From Octopus sinensis (Eukaryota): 64,000 nt of DNA. A program made the translations under genes and the position numbers. Where the stretch lies: the NCBI RefSeq assembly GCF_006345805.1, contig NC_043012.1, positions 49,786,001 through 49,850,000 on the forward strand, in the 5' to 3' direction. The notes under the pieces are model-generated. The model was not told the DNA's origin. It made no database searches and saw nothing but the letters and a program-made list of their open reading frames with translations. Below, in pieces: positions 44,395 through 55,351 of this stretch (its first letter is position 1; every line of letters starts with the position of its first letter).

Positions 44395-44541
44395 TCCGCA
44401 GCCGTTTGGTGTATTTACGAGACCGACAGAATAAATACTAGGCTTACAAAGAATAAATCCTGAGGTTGATTTATACGACTAAAAGCGGTGCTCCAGCATG
44501 GCTGCAGTCAAATAACTGAAACAAGTAAAATAGTAAAAGAG
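44395..44541 (+). mobile_element. SINE family A, 3' half
   Basis: GAGACCGACAGAATAAATACTAGGCTTACAAAGAATAAATCC...GCGGTGCTCCAGCATGGCTGCAGTCAAATAACTGAAACAAGTAAAA. Confidence 0.88.
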
Positions 44542-44841
44542 TTGAACACTGTATTTTTCTGGAATCCCACATTAGGTTTCAGACCTGAGACACTTTCAGA
44601 CCAGAGAAATTGAATCAATGATCGTTGTACTTCCTTGGTGCACGCTACCAAGGAAACAGGAATGATTAAGATCAAATTCGGTTACGTAACCACGAATGCT
44701 ACCTTGAAGCACCGTAAACGATGTTTGTCTAACGACTCGATTCCGGCAATTAAACTCTTTTGTCGAATAGCTAAGTTCCAGAAATGTTAACGCACCAACT
44801 TCGGTTCTCAGTTCATGGGGGAAATGCATACGCAGGCACAC

Positions 44842-44900
<59 letters not shown>

Positions 44901-44902
44901 CT

Positions 44903-44935
<33 letters not shown>

Positions 44936-44954
44936 GTGTGTGTATATATACATT

Positions 44955-45166
44955 CAAAATGTGACCGCGTGTGTACTGTTGGCGATTTTTTCCCTCCGTC
45001 TTCCCTTCCTTGGATCTTTCCTTTTCGTATGTTTCTAACAAAGAGCTCCGCTCAAAACGTTATATCCTCCTTCTTTCTTTCATTTCATGAGCGTTTAGTA
45101 ACACTATACTCGTTCCACGTCTTCGCGTTGTTGTGCTTTCTCTTTCTGTTTTCATGTTTGGTTTAA

Positions 45167-45170
<4 letters not shown>
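44955..45170 (+). mobile_element. Short TA-embedded repeat with a decayed hammerhead motif (45031-45066); same family as 53347-53478
   Basis: GTTT-CTAACAA-A-GAGC-TCC-GCTC-AAAA-CG-TT; downstream CCTCCTTCTTTC...TGAGC...GTTCCACGTC...GCGTTGTTGTG...TGTTTGG.TTAAC is shared with 53347. Confidence 0.7.
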
Positions 45171-45201
<31 letters not shown>

Positions 45202-45203
45202 CA

Positions 45204-45340
45204 GCATTGCTATGCATAAATGCCTCAAGATACGAGGGTCTCTTAAAACCAAAACTACCGTAATAAACACAATGTGTTTATTTTGGTAGTTCTGACTTTA
45301 AAAGTCCCCCGTAGCGTGAGGCATTTATGTATAGTAATGC
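45204..45340. repeat. Spacer-less 137-bp imperfect palindrome inserted between (TA)n tracts
   Basis: GCATTGCTATGCATAAATGCCTCA / TGAGGCATTTATGTATAGTAATGC; centre AATAAACACA-A-TGTGTTTATT at 45272. Confidence 0.92.
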
Positions 45341-45444
45341 CCTTAATATAAATATATTTAAAGAGAATAATTAATAATTTATCCCTTATGGGGTTTTTCA
45401 CGCTAACTACTTGATAAATTCTAAAGCACTTATCTTATTTTTAT

Positions 45445-45482
<38 letters not shown>

Positions 45483-45590
45483 CAGAACAGGAAAATTACA
45501 TCAAAAAATCATTACAAGATATACGTCCAAAATAATATTGTATTAATAGATAGAGGTATAAATATATGCCTCTGTCTATACCTATATATA

Positions 45591-46286
45591 ATTTGTGATT
45601 AATCTTTATATTTTGTATTCTTTTAATTTTGTATCTTTTCATTTGCCTTATGTTCTGGCGTCAGCTAAATTTTCTTGAAATCAAATTTTCTTTGTGGTAA
45701 GAACATATGAGTCTACTTCTAGCATAATGGATGTCCACTTAATGGTCATCCCCCTTATATTTATGCAATATAATTTTTCTGAATCTTCAATTTTTCAATA
45801 TGCTAGATCACTGGTTTTAAACTGATATTAATCAAATTAATATTCAATTTTTCAACCTTTAGTATATTGAATTTAAAATAAAATAACCATGTTCTCTAAC
45901 CGGCAAAATTCACTGTAGAGAATTATTTTCTGCTGAATTATTTCCGGTATTTTGGCGCTCCAAAACGAATATTTTTTGGAAGATAACCCCAAACGTAATT
46001 GGTAGAACTGTATACACATTCAATCTCATACGGACGTCTCGTATCTAGTTTTCCAAATTATATTTTACTATGACGATCACACTGATGAGCTGTGAACAAT
46101 TAAGTAATTAATTACGTAAGTGGTATCAACGAAACCGGATTTGTGATTAATCTTTATATGTTTCTTGCTCGCTTATGTTCTGTTAAATGTTGTTAAATTT
46201 TCTTGAGAACAATACTTTCTTAGTGGTAAGACCATTGGGGGGTTTACATCTAGCATAATGTATGTCCACTTAGTGGTTATCCCTCT
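45591..46286 (+). mobile_element. Retrozyme / Penelope pseudo-LTR-like unit: 548-bp period, partial direct repeat, hammerhead at the junction
   Basis: 45591-45757 repeats at 46139-46286 (ATTTGTGATTAATCTTTATAT...CTTATGTTCTG...TAAATTTTCTTGA...GTGGTAAGA...TCTAGCATAATG.ATGTCCACTTA.TGGT.ATCCC). Confidence 0.65.
46076..46147 (+). ncRNA. Type I hammerhead ribozyme motif
   Basis: ATCACA-CTGATGA(46082)-GCTG...CAAC-GAAA(46131)-CCGG-ATT-TGTGAT: perfect 6-bp stem I, stem II 3/4, palindromic CCGG stem III; cleavage triplet region slightly altered. Confidence 0.7.
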
Positions 46287-46771
46287 GGTAGGTCTCCGTA
46301 TCACAGCGAATGTGTATGCAATCATAGAGGCACAAGCGTGCAAACACAGACGCACACACATACATGTATATAATTTGTGTTCTCTTTCGAAGCGATAGTA
46401 TAATTTGAATTTGTTTTATCTCATGTATATTTGAAGGCACCAATTTACATCACATATATGCAAGGACAATGCACAAAACTGCAGCAAACAACTGTAAATG
46501 ATTTCCCAAACACACACATATTTATTCTTTATTTGACAATACCTATTAGCAGATATTATCTCATATCAACTACTGCATTAAATTTCGGTCTTTGTAATCT
46601 ATCAGTTGTAAGAAATGATACAGAGATTTCAATTATAGAATAATGCTACTTCTCTCGCACATAATGAATTTTATGCAGCGGGGCGACCTCATAACAGCAT
46701 CAACGTTTTTTCCGTCACTGTCTTCCTACAACAGTGAGGATGAATTTCGTCTTCGCATGCAGTTTCCAGGG

Positions 46772-46826
46772 GATACTTGCTACTGACGAAGCCCAAAAAT
46801 GCAGAAATGACCTTCTTAGCAATATC
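46772..46826 (+). ncRNA. Degenerate hammerhead-like motif
   Basis: GATA-C-TTGCTA-CTGACGA(46783)-AGCCCAAAAATGCA-GAAA-TGACCTTCT-TAGCAA-TATC: strong stem I (TTGCTA/TAGCAA extended by GATA/TATC), weak stems II and III. Confidence 0.5.
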
Positions 46827-46994
46827 ACCACCTCACCTGGACGAATTTCCTGTGCTACTACTGAAATTTTCTTTTGTATTTAACACTGTACTTGTGTAAT
46901 ATAATAACTATTATCGCAATAAAATTAACTCTCCGTGATATACATTTACTAAATATGATACACAATATCCTATATATATATATATATATATATA

Positions 46995-47051
<57 letters not shown>

Positions 47052-47055
47052 TCTA

Positions 47056-47256
47056 ATTCTTTTACTTGTTTCAGTCATTTGACTGCAACCATGCTGAAGC
47101 ACCACCTTTTTAGTCAAACAAATTAACCGTAGAACTTATTCTTTGTAAGCCTAGTATTTATTCTATTTGTATTTATTTTGCCGAACCAGCATCATGAGGG
47201 GACAAACACAGACACATAAATATATACATACATTCACACACACACACATATATATA

Positions 47257-47291
<35 letters not shown>

Positions 47292-47298
47292 ACATACG

Positions 47299-47331
<33 letters not shown>

Positions 47332-47377
47332 GTATATATACGACAGGTTTTTTCAGTTTTCGTCTACCAAATCCATA
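47056..47377 (-). mobile_element. SINE family A, partial
   Basis: TTCTTTTACTTGTTTCAGTCATTTGACTGCAACCATGCTGAAGCACC tail; internal microsatellite; TTCAGTTTTCGTCTACCAAATCCA. Confidence 0.85.
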
Positions 47378-47549
47378 CACACACAGACACGCACACACAG
47401 ACACAGATATGCATTAATAAGACCAGGAAAAAACTGCAGGAAATACACGATTACATATTATTGTGAAAGGTTTTACCAGTTGAATGACTGATATGTTATT
47501 AACCTTCTGGATATATGTTATTCATCACACCAAAAGACCGTAGCGAAAA

Positions 47550-48867
47550 TGGGGCTAAAGCAGAAACACACCTCTTCTTAGAAATGCATTCTTTTCAAAA
47601 ACATGTGTTCGGATTTCTACGTTTTAGATGTTGGAAATTACGAATATCCGAAAAAAGAAAATCTTTTTAATCCCCACCCCCATTTTAAAATTTTGATTTC
47701 GTTTACTTTAAAGAGATTGTAGCGAACTGATGAACATATGCAAATCAAAATTTAAAATAGGCAAGACAATAAAGGTGAAAAGAATTTGCCTTAAGTAATC
47801 GTAATAAATAATTGTTCATCCCCACTACCCCGATTTTAACATTTGAACTTTTCACCCATCTCTTTATGTCTGTCTATCTATTTATCCCTATTCGTTTATT
47901 CATCTGTTTCTCTCTATATATATATATCTGTCTATCTATCTATCAGTCTATCTATCTATCTCTGTTAGACCGTCTGTTTATCTTTCTGTCTTTCTATCTC
48001 TCTTTCTCTTCACACACATATATATATGCTTATTGAATTTAAAATTTTGAAAACATGGTTTCTTGCATATTCGGAATCTCCGTCATCGAAAACATTGGAC
48101 TCCGCTGAAAAACAGAAAAAAATGTCGGAACTGTCTATTTTAGTGTGTATATGGGGCGGGTGACTGTGCAGGGGGAAATTTGAAAACCTTAAAATTTGGA
48201 GGAAGGTGAGGTTGAGGTGAGGATTTTAAATCTGAAAAGGTGGTTTTAAAAAGAAACTTTCGAAAAAAGTTAAAACTTTTAAATTGTGTGTCGTGGTAGG
48301 GGAGGGGTGAATGAGAAACATTTTTTAAGGAAGTGAGCAGCCAGGAACGTTACCACACCGGGCGAAATGCATAGCGTAATTTCGTCAGCTGTTAAGTACT
48401 GGATTCAAATTCCGCCGAGGACGACTTTGCCTTTCATCCTTTCGGGGTCAATGAAATAAGTACCAGTTACACACTGGGGTCGATATAATCGATTTAATCC
48501 CATTGTCTGTCCTTGCTTGTCCCATCTATGTTTAGCCCCTTTTAGGGAATAAAGCAATAAGAAACGTTAGCACGTTGGACGAAATGCTTAGCGGTATTTC
48601 GTCTGCCGCTACGTTCAGAGTTCAAATTCCGCCGAGGTCGACTTTGCCTTTCATTCTTTCGGGATTGATAAATTAAGTACCAGTTACGCACTGGGATCGA
48701 TATAATCGACTTAATCCGTTTGTCTGTCCTTGTTTGTCCCCTCTGTGTGTAGCCCCTTGTGTGTAGTAATGAAATAGGTACTTCGTCTGCTGTTACTTTC
48801 CGAATTCAAATTCCGCTTTTTAGAAAATGCATTTTTCCAGAAGAGCTGCGAATCTGCATTAGCCCCA
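47550..48867. mobile_element. Old non-autonomous DNA transposon / MITE-like element with ~50-bp inverted ends, interrupted by SINE B copies
   Basis: TGGGGCTAAAGCAGA...CTCTTCTTAGAAATGCATT (47550) vs AATGCATTTTTCCAGAAGAG...TCTGCATTAGCCCCA (48826-48867); a second internal inverted match at about 47611-47660 vs 48050-48103. Confidence 0.5.
48333..48818 (+). mobile_element. Head-to-tail array of SINE family B (two near-complete copies plus a fragment)
   Basis: TTCAAATTCCGC occurs three times (48403, 48621, 48805); core GACTTTGCCTTTCAT.CTTTCGGG...AAGTACCAGTTAC.CACTGGG occurs twice. Confidence 0.92.
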
Positions 48868-49274
48868 ACGAAACAAAGAAAAGTTTTCTACTGCAAACAA
48901 ATATAAATGAATGTGTGTATGAATATATATATTCCCATATATATATATAAGCGTGTGTGTATGTGTGTGTGTATGTGTGTGTGTGTGTGTGTTTCTGTGT
49001 GTGTCTGTGTGTGTGTGTGTCTATATATGTATGTGTATGTGCATGTGAGTGCATATTTTCTATGTGGTATAAGTGTGAGTTGTGTTCTACTCTGTGTGAG
49101 TAGTACTTGTCTATCACTTCTTGACAACTGCTGTGTCTTGAAGTCACCTAACATTATCGACTCGGCAAAAATGACCGACAGTGTAAATATTAGATTTAAA
49201 ATAATAACTGGAGTGTCTGGTTTATTAAACTATTCACCATCAACAAGTCCGAATCACGTAGAACTATAAAATAA

Positions 49275-51051
49275 CCAGCAGAGATCCCCGGCGTTGCTCG
49301 GGATTAAAATTGCATAGTCTGTATATATATTTACAGATATGTCGAAACAGATGATACAGGAAAGTGCAACATTAACGGCAAAAGATTTGTGGAGTAACTC
49401 CAGGTATTGTGAAGAACGAATTTGTACGTTGTCTGATTCTGAGAGCTATTCTATTTGGACATCTATGTAATCTGGCCTGCTAAAAGTTGTTTTAATGATT
49501 CCGCATTAAGGGCTGCAACATGTCTTTGCTGATCTTGAGAAAGTCTCATTTCACATCTGTCTTGGGACTCCACCAAACGTGCTGCAGCATGCCTCTCTTG
49601 AGAATGTATTTGACGTGCTGCAGCATGCGTTTAGTGATCTTTGGAAAGTGTCATGTCCCTTCTGTATTGAGGGACATCTAACGTGCTGCAGCATACCCTT
49701 ACTAATCTTGAGAAAGCCTCATGTCTCTTATGTCTTGAGATTCATGCCTTCGGTTTTCTGCACTTCTCCTTGCTTTATAAGTGTTTCTGGAAAGATTGCA
49801 TTTTTTCTTTAGCGGCATAATTTTTTCAGTATTTTGAGCCAAATATTACGAGCATAAAAAAGAAGTAGATATTAATCTCTATTTTTTTAACAGTTGTACG
49901 TAGTATGTGTACATTTTTGTATGCAGTGTCAATTAATCAACTATAAGCAAATAATAAGTACCTTGCATATGTACCATATATGCACAAGTACCACATATGT
50001 ATATGTATGTGTATATGTGTGTGTGTGTTTAATAACGTACGTAACGGGTGCGCAAACACATACAGAAACACTCACAGACACATACTCATTCATATACAAA
50101 ATGTGACGATACACACTCATGCGCTCTCACATTCAGTCACATACATATAGTGAGAGACGCATGTATATATGTAAGTGTAGATGTGTGCGTATGTTTAATA
50201 ACGTACCTAACGCGGAAGCACAGTCAGAGAGACATACACATTCATACACCTACACACATACACTCAGAGATATGTTCACACTCATATATGAGACGTCAGC
50301 TTCGTCGTGGTGTAAATTGTTCTTTACTATCTCGTACGTTTCGAACGTGCAAACATACACAAATAAAATGAAACAATATCTTATCGCATTAGACTTAAAA
50401 GTGAAAGAATAAAAGTGACACAATATTATATCACACCAGGAGGTCAATTTGTAGACAGAAGTTACAAACCCCATTTCAGCGTATAAAGCTGTAAAGTTAA
50501 ATAAGGAGAGTGAAAAAAGCTGAGCTATTTTAGGATGTTTTTCTAACGCATGAACTCTCAGTGACGTGGTTGCATTCTTATTGGTTAGTAATGAAGGCTT
50601 ATCGGCTACATCACAATAGCTTTCGATAGAAGGATAAAGGTAAATTATGAATTTAAAGAAGCAGATGCAAAAAAATTTTAATAAATAATGTTTTAGGGAG
50701 GTGTACAAATGGCGTGAAAACAAAGATATTTAAGCACAACAGAGAGAGAGAGAGAGAGTGAAAGAAACGGACAGAGACTTAAAGAGAATAAGTATTACAT
50801 AGGCTGTAAGTGAGAAAAGGAAGAGATAAATAGAGAGAGAAGGAGGAGACAATCGGTTGAAAATTGCAATTTTTACAGAAAAACTCACGTGAAAAATTGG
50901 TCGGTTTCACGCATTAAATGCTATAATCCTTGCCCATCCTTGGCACGTAAGTAATGTGTGTGTAATGTTTAGTGAAAATCGGTTGAAAACTGTAGAAATG
51001 CAAACGTACTACACACACAGTCATCCTTTGATTTATATATAAATATATAGA
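49275..51051 (-). mobile_element. Non-autonomous Helitron, both ends intact
   Basis: Minus strand begins A|TCTATATATTTATATATAAATC and ends with hairpin CCCGAGCAACGCCGGGG followed by ATCTCTGCTGG|T (5'-TC...CTRR-3', A|T target); retains a RepHel N-terminal remnant. Confidence 0.85.
49480..49818 (-). pseudogene. Helitron RepHel N-terminal remnant with STPR-like repeats
   Basis: MPLKKKCNLSRNTYKARRSAENRRHESQDIRDMRLSQD**GYAAAR*...ERHAAARLVESQDRCEMRLSQDQQRHVAALNAES; repeats of roughly 65-70 bp are visible in the DNA. Confidence 0.7.
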
Positions 51052-51119
51052 TGTACACATAAAAAAGTTTTTTGCGCTAGAAATGAGAGCAGAAATGAAG
51101 GGTGAGACATAGATAAAAT

Positions 51120-51317
51120 TGTTTCAATTTTTGGAACAAGGCTAGCAATTTCGTGGGTGGCAGGTGTTTAGTTCAGTGCTTAGCTTGTACTTATATCAAC
51201 CCAGAAAACATAAAAGGCATAGGAGCTCGGCGAAATTTGAATTCAGAACATAAAGATGTACCAAATGACGCTAAGTATTTACTCTGGTGTGCTAACCATT
51301 CTGGCAGCTAACCGCCA
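51120..51317 (-). mobile_element. SINE family B, degraded
   Basis: CTCGGCGAAATTTGAATTCAGAAC...GCTAACCATTCTGGCAGCTAACCGCC. Confidence 0.75.
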
Positions 51318-52539
51318 TGAGATAAAAATATAATAAAAGTAGAACTACTTTATCTCGAGAGCTTTAAGGGATCTACCTGATAGATGTTGCGTGAAATCAA
51401 ATTCTCTTCACATCTAATAGAGATACAACCCGCTCCCTATATCATACACTAAGTTGTTTAACTTATATAAAAACGACAACAAAAATAATCATTTTCAGAA
51501 CATTTTTATATAAAGACAATGAAGTGTCTGTTCATATCAGGAAGAGTCATTCTTTCATTCTAAATTTCCTGGTGTTTGATTTTTTTTTATTCTTTTGTTT
51601 TTCTCTATCTTAAAACATTCTTAGTTCTTTTGGACTATTTTGTTTATCCATTTAAACATTTCAAGTCATCCCTTTTTATATCTTCCTCTGATAATCCAAT
51701 TTTTAATTTCTCTGAACTATTCCAACGTCATTGTTTCTTTCGCTATGGAACTCAGTATTATATCGCTAAACAGAGAGAGCTATTGTCTTAGATATAAAAT
51801 TAGATGTAAACGTAAAAGCACAATTATGTCGCTACTACAACCTTTCTGAAAATTTAGCTTGTTACCTTAAGAAAACCATATACAAAAACATCAAAGGCTT
51901 CCTGGATATCTCTGAAATATCGCAGTTATTGTTGTTCAGTTATAACAAACTAATCTTGTTATCAATAATTTTTGTGTTTCTTTAGCTTTTTTATACATGA
52001 TTTGTATTTAATTGGCTTCTCTTAATAGCAAAAAAAAAAAAATGAAAACGAAAAAAAAAAAAACAGAAAGAAAAAAATCACCAGTTGATAATAATGTGAC
52101 TGAGATAGACAGAAAGAATTATAATTATTACAACAGACATGAATAAAAGGTAAAAACGAATAACAATAAAACAGTTATCACATTGACATTTTTCTGCATA
52201 CAATAAGATAGTTTACAAGAAGAAGAAGGAGAAAAATGTATTTTCAAAAAAGCCGAGCGACTCGCCTAAGTGGTTTCATTAAAAAAGATCGTGGGCCACA
52301 TCTAATGTTTCCTTTGTCAGTCAATATTTCTTATATTGATTTCGAGTCTATTGTTCCTATACATATACACAATGCCACACACACAAGCGCGCGTACACAC
52401 ACACACACACACATATATATGCATGTATGTGTGTATGTGCGTGTGTACACATATATATATATATATGAATGTATATGTGTGTGCCTCTGTGTACATACAA
52501 ACATGTGTATACATATGCATACATATGTATACATATAAT

Positions 52540-52572
<33 letters not shown>

Positions 52573-52640
52573 AAATGTATATATATGCGTACCAATATCT
52601 ATCTATCTATCTACACACACACACACATAGACACACACAG

Positions 52641-52681
<41 letters not shown>

Positions 52682-52780
52682 GATAGATATCGATATATAT
52701 TGGAGGAATGTGTGCATATATCTGTTGAATCTACCGGATAATCTCCCTGCCTACATGAGGGTTAGTATGGGTTTGTGTGT

Positions 52781-52817
<37 letters not shown>

Positions 52818-52964
52818 CGCGCGTATGAGTGGGTGTATATTTGCGCGTGCATTAGTATGGTTTGCGTCTGTTTTCTAAAGGAAAACCAGCACTAGATGTA
52901 CACAGATATATCGAATTATGGTGGTTTTACCTGTCCCCTTAGCAGTATAGATGTATAGATTCAG

Positions 52965-52996
<32 letters not shown>

Positions 52997-53022
52997 CATA
53001 CATACATACATACATACATACA

Positions 53023-53054
<32 letters not shown>

Positions 53055-53243
53055 AAAATATAATAATAATAATAATAATAATATGAGGAAATATTATTCC
53101 AATCTTACAGGCAAAAATTCAATTTAGAAATAATAAATCAAATTTTACAAAATATTATATATATATATATAAATTAGAAAGAAAACACCTATATATCTAT
53201 ATATATCTATATATCTATCTATCTATATATATATATATCCAAA

Positions 53244-53310
<67 letters not shown>

Positions 53311-53312
53311 AT

Positions 53313-53346
<34 letters not shown>

Positions 53347-53478
53347 GACGAAGAGCTCTGTTCGAAACGTTAAACCCTCCTTCTTTCCTTCTTTCCTGAG
53401 CATCCAATAATACAATATTTGTTCCACGTCCTTGCGTTGTTGTGTTTATTTGTGCTTTCTTGTTTGGATTAACTACAT
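53347..53478 (+). mobile_element. 5'-truncated TA-embedded repeat starting inside its hammerhead motif
   Basis: (TA)n-GACGA-A-GAGC-TCT-GTTC-GAAA-CG-TT-AAAC..., homologous to 45031-45170. Confidence 0.7.
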
Positions 53479-54268
53479 ATATATATATAGATGTATGTGC
53501 AATGTGCATACGCATGAATATATATATAAATATGTAAATACATGCATATATATATATATATACATATATACCTATATATGCACATAGACACACAAAAATA
53601 TGTACATTAGAATGTACGCACGTGTGTTTGTGTGCGTATATAGTGGGTCTTTGTATGTTTGTTTTTGTGTGTTTGTATTTAGGGCGAGTCTTTCGACATA
53701 TCTACTGCGACTAACAGAATATTTCGGGGCAACAAGAATCAGATTAAAACTGAAACTATGATATTTTACTAATCGTGAAATACCAAATGCAAGGTCCGAT
53801 TTTTCTCATAACGACTCTCGAAATATTTTCATAAGCTTAAATTGATATAAAACAAGAATCAGTTAACAATCTTATAGATGGAATATCAATATAGACTATA
53901 ATTCCAGAAATTACAGACTAATGCGTCGAAAATTGTAGGCAATAAATAAATAAATGAAAATAGAAATAAAATCAAAAGAGTCACCAAACATAAAGACGAC
54001 AACTCGCCATTTCGTTCCTCATTATCCTAATACCATTTTGAATAATTTAAATTATATGATGCAGTTTTTGAAGAATGACGTCGGCGTGAATAGCTTTTCG
54101 AAGCTGCAATCATTATTCTGATGTATTTCGGATAGCGTGAAGTACGAGTTGCTATAAAAATCGATCGATGATATAAATACAGTACGCATTTTTGTTCGAA
54201 TGAAGAGGTTTATCGATTTCATCACCCAAATACATAGAAGAAGATAAGTATTCTTATACATACTGATG

Positions 54269-54600
54269 CAAAAGCTTCCAACATCACCATCAAAATACAG
54301 GACCAGATACTGCAACAGCTTGGGTTTCAGAGGACCACAGCTCTTCAACATCCTCCCTAAATGCTTGAGAGACTTGCATGGTGTGGATGTGGGTTTCATT
54401 AAAACTAAACTGGATCTCTTCTTGTAGGGGGTCCCAGATGAACCTACCTCACGATAGGAGACACAGATGCGGGAAACGGCATCGAACTCCCTTGTTGACC
54501 AAGTGCCACGTATCAGAGGTGGATTCACATATTAGTGTAGCTCATTCAGTGGTGGTGCCCCAGCATGGTCGCAGCCTTCGAGCTGAAACATTGTTAAGGA
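54269..54600 (+). pseudogene. 3' end of a CR1/L2-group LINE (ORF2 C-terminus + 3' UTR)
   Basis: Frame from 54269: ...RTRYCNSLGFRGPQLFNILPKCLRDLHGVDVGFIKTKLDLFL*GVPDEP...ASNSLVDQ...Y* (54535), then tail GGTGGTGCCCCAGCATGGTCGCAGCCTTCGAGCTGAAACA. Confidence 0.7.
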
Positions 54601-54668
54601 TTTACACATAGATGCATACATAATAAGTACATACATACATACATACATACATACATACATACATACAT

Positions 54669-54760
<92 letters not shown>

Positions 54761-55351
54761 GCACATGCATACAAACGCACAAATATACACACACGCACAG
54801 ACACATATCTCACACATAGATTTATGTGTATATACATAAAAGAAATACATGGGGAATTTCACGTTTCCTCTGCCAGATTTCTTGCACAAAGCTCTTCAGA
54901 GTATAATTGCTAAATGTGCTTTCCTCGATCTTTGAATCTTTGGGAAAGGAATATTTGAAACACACAAACATGCATCGTTCTTTATCCTCTCAAAGTTAGG
55001 CTCGATGCTAAGCAGGTTATATTGCTCATTATAAGTTAATGAATAAGTAGATTTATAATAAAAATTTCCAGAATTATCTAACAACTATCATCTTTCAAAT
55101 TAAGTGATTGAAGTCCTTACCAATACTTCTTGAAAAATGATCCCTACTGTGATCAACCTTCAGTTCTTTGATGTCACCATATTGAATAAAAATATATATA
55201 TCTGAATTCGTAAATACCATCTTCGTCCGCTTGTAGCACAATCACCCTAAGTAATCTTCAGCCGCTTGTAGCACAATGGTCCTAAGTAATCGAACATATG
55301 AAACAAACATTTACAATGCCTTATAAAGAGTAAACAGGAATCCAAAATATA

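Noticed and set aside
44596-44830. Possible LTR-retrotransposon integrase remnant (..TNFGSQFMGEM on the plus strand)
   Set aside because: A single short motif resemblance; not supportable without a profile search.
49510-49750. Spaced repeats ACGTGCTGCAGCAT resembling a CRISPR array
   Set aside because: Eukaryotic context, the spacers are homologous to each other, and the repeats are explained by coding repeats in the Helitron ORF remnant.
54860-55230. Possible LINE ORF1-like remnant on the minus strand, next to a 30-bp direct repeat at 55227/55262
   Set aside because: Only vague similarity; the short duplication is unremarkable.
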